Assembly (NCBI GenBank): GCA_051294905.1
Contig: CM119371.1
Coordinates: forward strand, 10,170,001-10,234,000
From: Botryllus schlosseri
Taxonomy: Eukaryota
DNA: 64,000 nucleotides
Direction of reading: 5' to 3'
Positions 12,290 to 24,508 of this stretch are shown piece by piece; the first letter of the stretch is position 1, and every line of letters begins with the position of its first letter. Both the position numbers and the translations under genes were made by a program. The notes beneath the pieces were generated by a model that saw only the letters and a program-made list of their open reading frames with translations, was not told the DNA's origin and did no database searches.

Positions 12290-14143
12290 CAACATGTTAA
12301 AACATTCAATGATAAATTGATAATGTCTTGCTCATCTTATAGTGTGAAATCATGAAAATGTTGTTTAAAAAGTTACGTTGAAGTGTGATGCGTGAAAATA
12401 AATGAATACCTCACCACGAAACATTATGTGTCATCATTTAAATAGGTGCGAGGCAACATGTAGTTCTCTGTTTCGGCCTGGTTCACAAATACTTCGTTAA
12501 AGCTCGATTACTTCCTTCAAATATCACGACGAGCTTCTTCTTATAGTAGTCGAGATCGCCGAAAATATTTCAGAATATTTTTATAATAAAAATTTTAACG
12601 GGTGTCATCGGTATTCGAAACATGTATGTTACTTTTGGCATTTTTATATGAATCCTTAATGACTGCAATTAGAAATATAGGGCCAATGTAACTCGTATGC
12701 CTCTACTATACATTTGTATATTGCATTTAATGATAAAGTACAGTTTGCGCGACAATATTGCGAATCGAAACTTTCAAAATTGTCGAATTAATGAGATTAA
12801 CAGTAAATTTCAATTTCATAAGGTCCGTTTTCTGTCTTGGTTTACTATTATAAATAGTTTTTTTGTCTGCTCAGAAGCCCTATACACGCATAAGAGAAAA
12901 ATCAGGAATATTAACATGGATCGCGTATTCTGATATGACTTGGTTGGTTAAATTCAAGACAGCGCCTTGGCGATGAATAAACAAGAATAACTATCGTGAA
13001 GAGTCTTATCCCCAGTTAATAATAAACTTTTCACAACTTCTGTCACATTCCTAGCGGCTGCGATGATGATATTGACTAATTAGACGCGTACATATGCTGA
13101 ACTCCAATATCGTTTGACGGATTTGGGGATTTATTATTCGCTGAAAATTGTGTTTTCACCGTAATAGATGTTCTGGTTTGGATAGATTTTGTATCATATT
13201 CGTTCGTAACGTAAATCGTCATATCACAGTGCTAAGTGACGTGTGCAGTGGGTTTGATGTTGAGTTCGATTGGATTGCCTCTGTCAAACGAAATCCATGA
13301 GTATCCATTCCTCGTTCTTTCAATCATATTTCGCATAAGTCATGTTTAATAAGTGACAAGAATGACAATACAAAATGCTGTTGTATGTTCGAGAACTGAA
13401 ATAAAAATAATTTTTAAATGAAATAACAGAAATAAACACTTTTACCTAATACACGTTGGCAGCATGAATTTCCTGATCTAGTAAATTCCTACAGAAATTC
13501 GATATTATTAGCATTTGTTTCAGCACGCCATTTTCGCAACCGCTCGACCGGCAAATAAAAATAATCCGGTGAGAGTGTGAACATAAACCGCGATCTGTAC
13601 CTTGTTGCCTACTGAATTCGTTGATAATGGCAATATCGGTCGTCGTTTTGCAAGTGTTTGTGCTAGAGAGGAAAACAGTCCCATGTCACTTCTCATTTGA
13701 ATAGCCGCATTACCTTCATCACTAATCAGTAGGGCGGTTATTTAGCTGAGAAAAAAAAAACCTAATCATTGTACCCTCAAAATGATTATTTTGACATTTT
13801 TGAAATTAAAAAATTACATTTTTACAAAATGTTACCCTCATATTTGCAGATTAGACGTTTTCGCACATAATGTTAAATTACAATCCTTTACTTCGTTTCT
13901 GGTGTGAACTGTTAACTGCCTGTCCTTACGAAGGCGCTTCACTGCTAAATTACGCAAGCAGCATCATAGTCCCAATCATTAAAAATGGAAGATAAATCAC
14001 GAAACCTTAGAAAGTTTTAAAAAGATATGAGGGAATACCCATCCCTACCCACCACCTTCATATCCATGATATACAATTATAAACATATGAGCGATATTCA
14101 TTGGATTTAAATCTTACAAGAGTGTTGGTTAAAGTATAGACAC

Positions 14144-15076
14144 CAGTGTTGGGATGACTCGAGTCCTGACTTGACTCGAGTCAGACTCGAGTCACCTTTT
14201 TCGTATGACTTGACTTGACTCGAGTCACTTTGCTAAAATGACTTGACTTGACTTGACTTGACGTATCAGAAATGTGAATTGACTCGTGACTCGGAGGAAA
14301 ATTCACGAGTCAATTTCAAGTCATCAAGTAATCGGTAATCGATAAAAATCACAGTATCTTGCATATGTTCGGATTGTTCGCGAAACGCTGGTGTAACCCG
14401 TGAGAGCGACCAATCATTCAATGATCGTATTTTTTGCTGAGCCTCCATTGTTATCTGCCAAATAAATTGACATCAAATGAAATGATCGAAGCTTACAGCT
14501 TATGTTGTCGTAAAATAGTAGTAAAGTAATTTAATAGCAACATATATATTTCTGTAATCGGGTCTCACCTTAACCAAACCTCTTGATTTATTGAAATTGA
14601 ATTTGGATAGAGTTTATATAGTTCTCAACCATCGGCACCGGCTCGAATTGTATCATATCCATTTGTAAATGGGTAATTTATTGCATCTTATCAATTCGTT
14701 TTTCTATTCTCTATTTTGGCTGGTAACTGTATAAACTGAGGCTACACAATTCCTTGGATATAGTTTATCGGTTCTACGTAGGCCTACCTGTGAGCGATAC
14801 AGCTGCTTCCTGCGTGTATATTTAACTCTATATTCGTTCATTGGTTTAGAATTAATGACCACTCAATTATGTATTTCAGACAGCTAGCAAAATGCAATGA
14901 CGTAATCATGCCTTTTACGTCGAAAAGGCAACATGACTTGAATTGTGACTGGACTCGTGACTTGACTTGACTCGAGTCACCTTCGAAAATCGATTGACTT
15001 GACTTGACTCGAGTCAAAATGTACAATGACTCGAAGTGACTCGTGACTCGAAGGCAGTGACTTGATCCAAACACTG
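14144..15076. mobile_element. hAT-type MITE, GACTCGAGTC family A (TIR CAGTGTTGGGAT)
   Basis: TIRs cagtgttgggat..atccaaacactg; imperfect TSD atagacac/gttgacac; gactt/gactcgagtc arrays at both ends. A partial inverted relative follows at ~15110-15452. Confidence 0.85.
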
Positions 15077-15542
15077 GTTGACACCGGGCACTGTTAGCAA
15101 TTTATACAGCAGATATACATTACGAGATTATTACTTTACCACTAGTTTACGACAGCGTAATCTGTAAGCTCCGATCATTGCGTTGGCGATCAATTTATTT
15201 GTGATATAACAATTGAGGCTCCGTAACACGCACATGTTGCACAATCATTGAGTGATTGGTTGCTCTCACAAGTCAAATCACCGCATCGTTAACAATCCGA
15301 GCTTTTAAAAGATACAGCGATTTAGTCGACATCGATTACTTGACGAGTCTATCCGCATTTCTGAAACGTCGAGTCGAGTCAAGTCATTTTGGAAAGTGAT
15401 TCGAGTCAAGTCAAGTCCCACGAATAAGATGACTCGAGTTATTCCAACACTGAATCCCAGCTACTAAAATTCGAGTACTTTAAACAAAACTTCCATCGAA
15501 ACACGCAGAATGGCGAATCCGTTCAAGATGCAGGCAAGCAAA

Positions 15543-15823
15543 GTTTGTTTGCTTGTTTTGAAGTATTCATGGTGTTTGTCGACTACTACAGTCATCTACA
15601 CCAGGCCGATATTATTCATTTTTATTCCGTAACTGTCGACTTATAGCATGGCCCACTTGTAGGACTTTTGTAGGACACCGCTTACGCGAATGAGCAGACC
15701 AAGAGGAGCCCGGAAAAAACTCCAGCACTTAGGAGAAGGATTTCTGATGTCGACCTCGGTCGGACTCGAACCCACAACACATAGATATTGCAGCTGCGGA
15801 TTATACCACTGCACTATCTGGCC
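15543..15823 (-). mobile_element. tRNA-derived SINE (tRNA-Cys-like head) inserted into an FLVCR-like fragment
   Basis: Minus strand GGCCAGATAGTGCAGTGGTATAATCCGCAGCTGCAATATCTATGTGTTGTGGGTTCGAGTCC has an A box, a B box and a ctGCAa loop. It ends in a (CAAA)n-like tail. 3'-end fragments occur at ~1470-1560, ~7720-7770, ~17810-17860 and ~39280-39395. FLVCR sequence continues on both sides (15508-15542, 15830-15920). Confidence 0.8.
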
Positions 15824-16419
15824 GTTAGACTAGCAAATTGATTTGCCGAAAGCTGATCCATCCCCCGACCACGCAAATCTCCAAAACGCTAGCGGGTCTA
15901 CCGAGGATATCAAGATTGCTTGCTAGTCATTTTAGGCCTTGTGCACAACACGTCACGAATTTCATAATGCCAATGGTTCTTCGCTTTTTGCATTCCCGTG
16001 GACAGCTTTCAATCTCTCTCGAGGTCATTCTCTCCAGTCGCTCTCACTCCCATGAGTCCCGATCGAGTATATAGCTATAGCTCTAAAATTATACATCCCA
16101 CAGCCTTTGTGATAAGATCCCCATTGGTCTTCCTGCCTTGTGTATATATCTAATGCCTAAAAAATGGTTACTTTCCTCTAGGAACAGCAGTTTAATCGAA
16201 TTCCATGAATAAATCCATTTATTAACATTGCCGGAGGACAGCAACGATGCGAGATTAGCTGAACGAGCCACCTTCTACTCGACAATCGTGGCATTCGTCT
16301 TGGCAGACCATACAGCATATCTGCAGCTCGTGGCGTCTTCCAATTTTTTTTAAATCGGTAGACCCATTGTATAAACTATTTATAGTGGATAATAATCGTT
16401 GATATCAGGTAAACGTACT

Positions 16420-17705
16420 CAGGGCCGTAACAGCACTTCGCCAGCCCCCCTAAACGTTGGTTCTGGGCCCCCCATAGGGTGATAAACCTAACTTCTGGGG
16501 GGCCAGACCCCCCTCAGTCTGTCCGTTGTGTATCGCTGCTTATCATCTATGTTGGGTGTCCGTTTCGTGAGTCAGTTTTTATCGCATTAACGCGCGAAGC
16601 GCGAAAAATTTCTATAATTCATGACTGAATCGGGCAATATGATCGGGGATTGCATATATATTGCTATCAATTTTTATCCAAATTTACCGGTAGAGCAGAG
16701 TGAGGTGTGTTTGAAAGGGTAGGACCCCTCCATAATAAATAAACATCTCCGGGTGTATTGTATACCCGTTGGCAGGAAAGAAACAGCACTTCGTCAGGCC
16801 CCAAAAACTGGAGTCTTGGGCTCCCATAGGGTGACAAGCCGACCCGCCAGGCCGCCACCACGTTGTTCACGAAATTACAGATGCACTGCGTAGTAAGCCA
16901 GCGCGAAGCGCGAATATTTTTGATAATTCATGATAAAATCGGTCAATAAGATCGGGAATTGCATATATATTGCTATCAATTTCTTGTCCTCTATGCTCAG
17001 TTGCTCACGTAATCAGATTTACCGGTACAGCTGAGTCAGGTGTTGTCTTGGAAAATGTAGAGCCCGTAAATAATAATTAAACATCTTCGGGCAGGTAGAC
17101 CCATTGGTATGACTTCGTTACATGCTGTCTGCTATATCAAAAATATACAATCGCCCAAACGTACTAAACTAAAAGATCACACGATTTCAAATTGGTATTT
17201 CTTCACTGGTATGTGATTTTTCCCTGCGGGGTGGTATTTGTCTTGTGAAGCTCAGATTTCCAAGACAGGAACATTTAGGTGCCAGTCATTTAGATGCCTA
17301 TGGACTATTAAACCCACATGTATTTTGTATATATAACGAAGTTTTCGGTCAGCATAATTTTCGGCCAAGGTTTTCTCGCTGCCGATCGTTCTGGCACACT
17401 TTTTGCAGTCGCATATTACATGGCCTAAAACTTTATATGTCTTGGTGCGTCGTGGCGAGGTAATGGCCAACGCTGATATGCCCATTTCTATAAATCTTGC
17501 GTATTTTTTCTTGTGGGAAGAGTACCCAATATTCAAGATACTTGGCAACTTGAAATCGCGCGCAGCGCGAAAAATTCTTGATAAAATTGCTTAAATTTTC
17601 AAAAAATACTCTATAATTTATGCTAATTCACGAAATAATTTTTGGCCCCCTTCGAGCTCGGGCCCCCCCAGTTGGGGGGTTCGGGGTGCGGCAGTTACGG
17701 CCCTG
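16420..17705. mobile_element. Non-autonomous hAT-type element (TIR CAGGGCCGTAAC)
   Basis: cagggccgtaac..gttacggccctg; TSD aacgtact/aacgtacc; internal ~300-bp duplication. Absent from the inverted paralog near 7865. Partial relative at ~53920-54718. Confidence 0.85.
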
Positions 17706-20034
17706 AACGTACCTTACAAGAGATGATATGAGCATTGTGCTACCCGGAGGAATGTATTAGGTATTGCAATATTCATTTTGCTGATCGTCAGTTATTAAAA
17801 ACTGACCATTGTAGGGCTACTCGACAAACACCGTGAATACCCAACACAAACCAACAAACCTTTTTATGCCCTACCCTCTTTCGTTGCATCTCTTAATACT
17901 GATTGCTATAAACAGGGTTGCAATACCGTCCTTATTTCTAAGATTTGCCCTTATTTTAAAGGGCCACGTCTTAGTAAACTCAACTGTCCTTATATCTAAG
18001 AAATGTCCTTATTTTCGAATTACGTCCTCATTTTGTCTTATTTTCAACAACTACAGAACTTTGATGGTCTCCCTCTGGTATCCGTGCGGTATAATATTCT
18101 AAAATTATGCCCCCGCGTCGAGATTTTATGACATCATAAATGAAAGGAGCTCCCGTGGCGTGCGTACCACAGGATTGGACTTCGAAGTGGTGAGATAGCT
18201 ACGGAAGTGAGTGGTATATTAGTTTCGGCTGTACCAACCTACCGCAGCGGACGTCATTTTAGCAGTAAACAGCAATGCCAGGTTACTGGTGTTTGGTCCA
18301 CAGCAGAATAAGTTGAAGCTGTCGGGAAAGCCGCATTTACTGCGTAGTGGAAAAAGGCGCAGTGCAGTCGACACATTGGTTAAAAAGAAGTAAAGCTATA
18401 AATCATTGATAAATTTCTCCAAATTATATTGCACTTGCGCATATAGTTTTAGCTACAAAAAAGACTAAATCTGATTAGTGAAATAAACAGGCGTAAAAAC
18501 GTTTTTGATTGAAGGGCTATTGTTTCGCACGTAGCAATATCTGCAATTGTGACATTAACCTGGAGGCCATAGGAGAGACCGCTACTTCAACTTACACTGA
18601 TACCCCAAAACACAAGAAGTGTGTCATCATGATTAATTTGAGCCAGTCAATGAATAATTTTTCCACAAGTCGATCAGCACCAACGACCTCAGACTACAAG
18701 GCAGCAGCTGCAGCTGCAACGATTACACATCGCAATTGTTCAAAGCACCTACTCCGATTCCAACATTGCAAATAAGTTTTCTTCGACCAGGACCAAGACA
18801 ACAAGAATTGTTACTGGAGTTGTTGCTCCATACCCTCAAAAATGATTTGTCTAAACTTGGTGTGCGGCCTTTTTCCATCTTGGTTGACGCCTCGTCTTAA
18901 CGAGGAGACCAAATTTGGTTTATCGCACCTGGGGCAACACCAACGGTCTTTTTTTTTGGGGGGGAGGGGGGCTGACGAAGTGCTGTTTCGGCCCTAAATA
19001 AAGGTAAACCTAGAACTGAGCTGTCGCGAGATCCATGAAGCACTTTCTAATAACAGGGAGTTGCTGGAGCAGGTTCTGGTGAAAAGTATGGAATGTGATA
19101 TGCTACGGCTCGTATGAATACAGTATATGTACATTGTACAAAAACGCTTTTTCATGCTAATTTAATTTTTCGACTGTCCTTATTTTTTGGTCCATGTCGA
19201 TGACAACCCTGCGTATATCGCATTGATCATTGTGTATGTGTCTGCGCAGATGAAAATATAATCCGGCGATGATCGATTATAATGCGACTAATGTTAATAA
19301 TTGTCTGCATGGGAAGCATAAAACTCACTGCTATTCGCTATGATTGATTGATTTACCTTAAATCATTATTTCCATGAATCATCAATTAAGGTAAGTATTT
19401 TTAAACAGCTGTCGAAGTATCAGTCGGATGAATCTCGAAGCATTGCTAGTTGTTTTCCTTGATTTTCAACATGGCTTAGATCATGAGCATTATCTTGAAT
19501 ATTTGAATGACGGAACCAGCAGTTATTATCCGCTGTGCAGCGACTGCTCAGGAGCGTCGCGAAAAAATGAGGTAAAGCTGTATGCCGTCGACATATAACA
19601 ATTATGAAAGGGGTACCACCTATAGATATGGTGTGATATCAAATTCAAGTTGGAAGTGTGAAAACAATTTTATAAACAGCCTCTTTCCTGTGACAGTCGT
19701 AACTATAAACAACAGACGCAGCTTCTTCATGATCTCGGTTGGCAACTAATGATTTTTAGATACATTGAAAACTGCAACAGTGATTAAGTGCTTGCCGGGA
19801 ATTTGGCCAAGGGTTAAGGAGTGATGCGGCATTTCGACATCACATATAGATCAGAGGTCGGAAACCTATGGCTCGTTAGCCATATATGATTCTTTTGATG
19901 ATGAATTATGTCTCTTTGGCATATTTCCAATTCTGCACATTATTCCCATCTTCTTTATCAAAATTATGTTTAGTACATTTTTCTCCACGACTATGGCATT
20001 ATTATTCTTGTGGTTGACGAGACAGTTTTGAGAT

Positions 20035-21395
20035 CACTCGAGTCACCTTTTTCGTATGAATTGACTTGACTCGAGTCACTTTGCAAAGATGACCTGACTT
20101 GACTTGACTCGGCGCATCAGAAATGGGGATTGGCTCGTGACTCGGAGCAAAATTCACGAGTCAATTTCCAGTCATCATGTAATCGGTGTCGATAAAAATC
20201 AGTGATCTTGGATATTTTCGGATTGTTTACGAAACTCTGGTGTAACGCGTGAGAGCGACCCCTCAATGGCCCTCATTCAATGATCGTGCGTTTTATTCAG
20301 CCTTCATTGTTCCCTCGCAAATACATTGACCACAAACGAAGTGATCGGAGCTTACGGCTTACGTTGTCGAAAACTAGTAGTAAAATAATTTATTACCAAA
20401 ATATCTTTCTCTGTTTTCTGTTCTTATCTTAACCAAACCTCTTGTTTTATTCAAATTGAATTCGAATATCGCTTATATACTCGTTAACCATTGGCTCGGG
20501 CACGAATTGTAGGTATGTAATGTATTGCATCTTATCAATTCGTTTCTCTATTTTGACTGGTAGCTATATCAACTGAGGCTATGCAATCACTTACGTAGTC
20601 TTACAGTTTTACGTATATGTGAGCGATCCAACGCTTACCTGCATGTATACTTGACTCTATATCCGTTCATCGGTTCAAAATCAATGACCACTCACTCAAC
20701 CTGTATTTCAAACAGCTAGCAAAATGCAATGACGTAATCATGCCTCATATACTTCGAAAAGGAAACTTGACTTCACTCGAGTCACATCCAAAAATCGAGT
20801 GACTTGACTTGACTCGAGTCACCTTCGAAAATCGATTGACTTAAAGGGGCACTGCGCTCTAAAAATGATGTGGTCTCAAATTGAAGGTAAAAACGAACGA
20901 AACTTTTTGGCCGCAGCCATTTCCTTCAGAGCGCCACCGTAATGGAGCTGCAATTTATTGAAATTTCTACAAGACCAGCTGCCGCGGCAGCTTAACCCGT
21001 TGCATGGCACGATGTCTTCCTCGTCGCACTTGCTCGACGCGATAAGGCAGTCACGCAGAGAACGAAATTCAGACACATTTCCTTCATAATATCGGCTGAC
21101 AACTATCTAAAATTCGTTCTCTGCGTGACTGCCTAATCGCGTCGAGCAAGTGCGACGGTGAAGATATCGTGCCATGTAACGGGTTAAGCAGCCGCGGCAG
21201 CTGGTCTTGTAGAAATTTCAATAAATTGCAGCTCCATTACGGTGGCGTTCTGAAGGAAATGGCCGCGGCCAAAAATTTTTGTTCGTTTCTACCTTCAATT
21301 TGAGACCACATCATTTTTAGAGCGCAGTGCCCCTTTAACTTAACTCGAGTCAATATGTGCAATGACTCGAAGGTAGTGACTTGATCCCAATACCG
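20035..21395. mobile_element. GACTCGAGTC family A MITE (5'-truncated), interrupted by a fold-back MITE
   Basis: Aligns with 14185-15076 on both sides of the 20845-21334 insertion. Confidence 0.8.
20845..21334. mobile_element. Fold-back MITE with TTAA TSD (Kolobok-like termini)
   Basis: ttaa|aggggcactgcgctctaaaaatgatgtggtctcaaattgaagg ... ccttcaatttgagaccacatcatttttagagcgcagtgcccct|ttaa. Arms are ~225 bp with a ~40-bp spacer. A one-armed relative lies at ~42520-42716. Confidence 0.85.
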
Positions 21396-22234
21396 GGACG
21401 AGAGGGGTCTTTCTAAAGTCAAAACAGTGATGTATATCCTGAAGTGTGATGTAAGAGCTCAGAAGCTAAAATTCTTGAAATTTTTATGATAACAAATATT
21501 GGCTGTTGATAATTTCTCATTATTATCAATCCAATAAAGAGGTGGACAATATTAATCGCGTATTTATCCACATATATGGAAACGGACCACAATATCATGT
21601 AAGGCCGGAAACTATGTATGGGCCGCTCAAAATCCCGTCGCGGGCTGTATGTTGCTTGCCCCTGGACGAATATAATAGATTTTTCGATAATAGCGTAAAT
21701 TCCCGGCCTTAAAGTTATTCAGTGAAATTTATCCGACAAATGTTATCCCTCCATTTCGATAAGAAGGATCATAATGACCATAACACAGTCGCTGCCAATA
21801 TCTTATCTGATATCAAATTTCCTTGCACCTAATACTGCACTGCACCTAATAATATCACCCGCGGTCACAGTCTGCCGCAATTCTCCACTATGCTTGCTTT
21901 TTACGTCAGGGTCAAATTATAGCGTATGTTAGTTATTCTGCCTTTTTGCGGACAGAAATGATAGTGATTGTTAATTATTATTTAGCTCTTTGTTTTCTTT
22001 GTGCCATACATGCAGTCAGAGTTCAAAGAACCTTTCCACAATTTTGATCGACAACAGATGTCTCATTGACTTCAACAGCTATTGAAATACATTTCATTTA
22101 TAAATCCATTGATCATTGTCTTGGTGGCCATAGGCATATGCCTAAAGGTTGAAGTTTACATTAAATAGCCTACGATTAATTCTATAGAGGTGGATAAATA
22201 CGCGTTTAATGTATCGATTTGTTGGCATGATTTG

Positions 22235-24508
22235 CCCTGCAGACAACTTCCAGGATGTACATGGAAGAGTTTCCGGCATTGCCAGTATAAGGAAGAGTGA
22301 AGATGAAGAGGTGCCACCGGGTGAAGCGAAGTCCTATTTAGATGAAGAATCGAAATCGCAAACGGGCGAATTTCCTGGTCATCTGAGTTTCATGTTAGAT
22401 GGAGTTCAGGACTTAACGGGGGAGCAGCAGTCGGCAGTGCGGGATCTCTTGACTGAATTCCAGGATGTTTTCATTGGGCCGGATGGGAAACTCGGACAGA
22501 CGCAAGTTTTGCAGCATAGAATCACTCTCACCACTGAACAACCTGTCAAAGTACGTCCCCGGCGCATGGGCTGGGAGAAACGCAAGTTGGCTATTCAAGA
22601 AGTGGAAAAGCTGAGAGAACAGAACGTGATAGAGGAGTCTGATTCACCTTTCAATGCACCAATTATGCTGGTTCCTAAAAAAGATAATTCCTGGAGAATT
22701 GTCCTGAATTACAGGAAACTGAATAGCGTAAGATATTCTCGATTCGTTGGGAGGCGCCTCGTGGTTTTCATGTTTGGACTTGGCAAGCGGTTTTTTCCAA
22801 GTCACAATAGATCCTAAGGATCGCCCCAAAACAGCCTTCAGTGTTCCAGGTCATAACCATTACCAATTTACTGTACTTCCCATGGGATTTGCAAATTCGC
22901 CAGCTCTGTTTCAGAGATTGATGGAGAAAGTTCTTGCTGACGTATTGTGGTCGCGAGCCCCGGTTTTCCTGGATGATGTTATGGTTTTTGAAAAAACTTT
23001 TGAGCACGAAATGGAGAACCTCCGACACGTTTTCTCCAGGATACGCACGGCGGGACTAAAGTTCAGACCAACTAAATGCAGGTTGTTTCAAAGACGTGTG
23101 GAATATCTTGGCCATGAAATTTCAGACGAAGGGGGTAGCTGCAGTGAGACAAAGATATCGTCGATTCGTGACTGGCCGGTTCCTGGGAAGTTGAAGGATC
23201 TCCAAGCTTTCCTGGGCACCGCAAACTATTATCGGCAGTATGTGAAGTCATTCGCGTCCATTGCTTACCCACTGACACATCTAACAATGAAGAATGTGCC
23301 TTTCAACTGGGACAATCAGTGTCAAAATGCCTTTGACACCTTGAAGGAGTTATTGACGAAATCTCCGATACTGTCTTACCCACGTGAAGATGGTGAAGTG
23401 TTCATTCCTGACACTGATTGCAGCGCTTTTGGTGTGGGTGCGGTTCTCTCTCAGAAGCAAGAGGGTCTTGAGAGGGTAATCGCTTATGCAAGTACTACTC
23501 TTAACAAATCACAGAGGAATTACTGTGCTACATATCGAGAGCTTTATGCTGCAAGATGGGCAATTGAGCATTTCAGGCATTACCTTTGGGGGAGACCATT
23601 TATTTTGAGGACTGATCATTCTTCGTTGCGTTGGCTTCTCACTTCGAGCGAACCCCATGGGCCTTTGGTGGCAAGGTGGATTGCGTTTCTGAGCAGCTAT
23701 GATTATACGGTGGAACATCGTCCAGGCGTGTTGCATGGGAATGCTGATGGTCTCTCCAGGAAGTACCGTAGACGCTGTGAGCGAGAGGAATGCTCGGACT
23801 GTTGTGATTTTGCAGAACCTCCAGCAACAAGATGTGCTGCGGTGATTGTAGGGAGCGTATGCCCATGAGCAACTGAGTAAGTCTGCTATCCGCCAGTCCA
23901 GAAATTTCGATCCATCTGTTAAACCCTTGATTTTGGAAACTGGTAGTTTGTGCTGGTACTTCCATCCACCCGCAAAGTCAAAACTGAGGTCGGGTTGGAC
24001 CGGCCCACGGCTAGTGTCAGAGCGAATCGAACAATTCCTTTATCGGATAAAACATGTGGACTCCGAACGATATCGCATTGTGCATGTGGATAATTTACAT
24101 CCTTACATAGATGATGTTAACTCACTTCCAGCTCTGGAAAACGATTCAGTCAGTGACACCGACATTGCTGTGTCGGAAGAGATACCGAGTGTCCTGCCCG
24201 ATCGTAGCAGACAAATGCCCTCACGATTTAATGACTAAGTTATGTGAAAGTGTTCTTTTTTTACTCGCTTACTGCTTGTTGCTTGGTTATTGCTTGTATT
24301 TTGTTGTGAGAGTCTACTTGAGTAGCACCTCTCAAAATTGATGGGAGGGTGATGTAGCAGCCCTCGTGCGCCCCCTATCTGGGTTGGCGCCCTTGGGATG
24401 CTTGAGTGATTTCATGGAGCAGCTTCCTCTTTGTGTTTGTCACGTCGCTGCTGGGTTGTTGAGTACGACTGAGTGAATAAACTTCCTATCTGAGCAAAGG
24501 CCTCTACA
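22235..24508 (+). mobile_element. 5'-truncated, internally deleted Ty3/Gypsy LTR retrotransposon (RT, RNase H, integrase C-terminus, PPT, short 3' LTR)
   Basis: RT motifs PIMLVPKKDNSWR, LDLASGFFQ, LPMGFANSP and FLDD; RNase H motifs DTDCSAFGVGAVL, RELYA, TDHSSL and NADGLSR; GPY/F-like tail WTGP..RIVHVDNLHPY. Purine tract gggagggtga precedes a putative LTR tgtag..aataaa..ctaca (24353-24508). Frameshift at ~22745; integrase core absent. Confidence 0.92.

Noticed and set aside
15751..15823. Functional tRNA-Cys gene
   Set aside because: The acceptor and anticodon stems pair poorly, and the sequence continues into a dispersed SINE body.
17913..19211. Possible hAT element cagggttg..caaccctg with gtccttattt repeats
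   Set aside because: The TIR match is short and the flanking 8-mers do not form a TSD, so the boundaries are unsupported.
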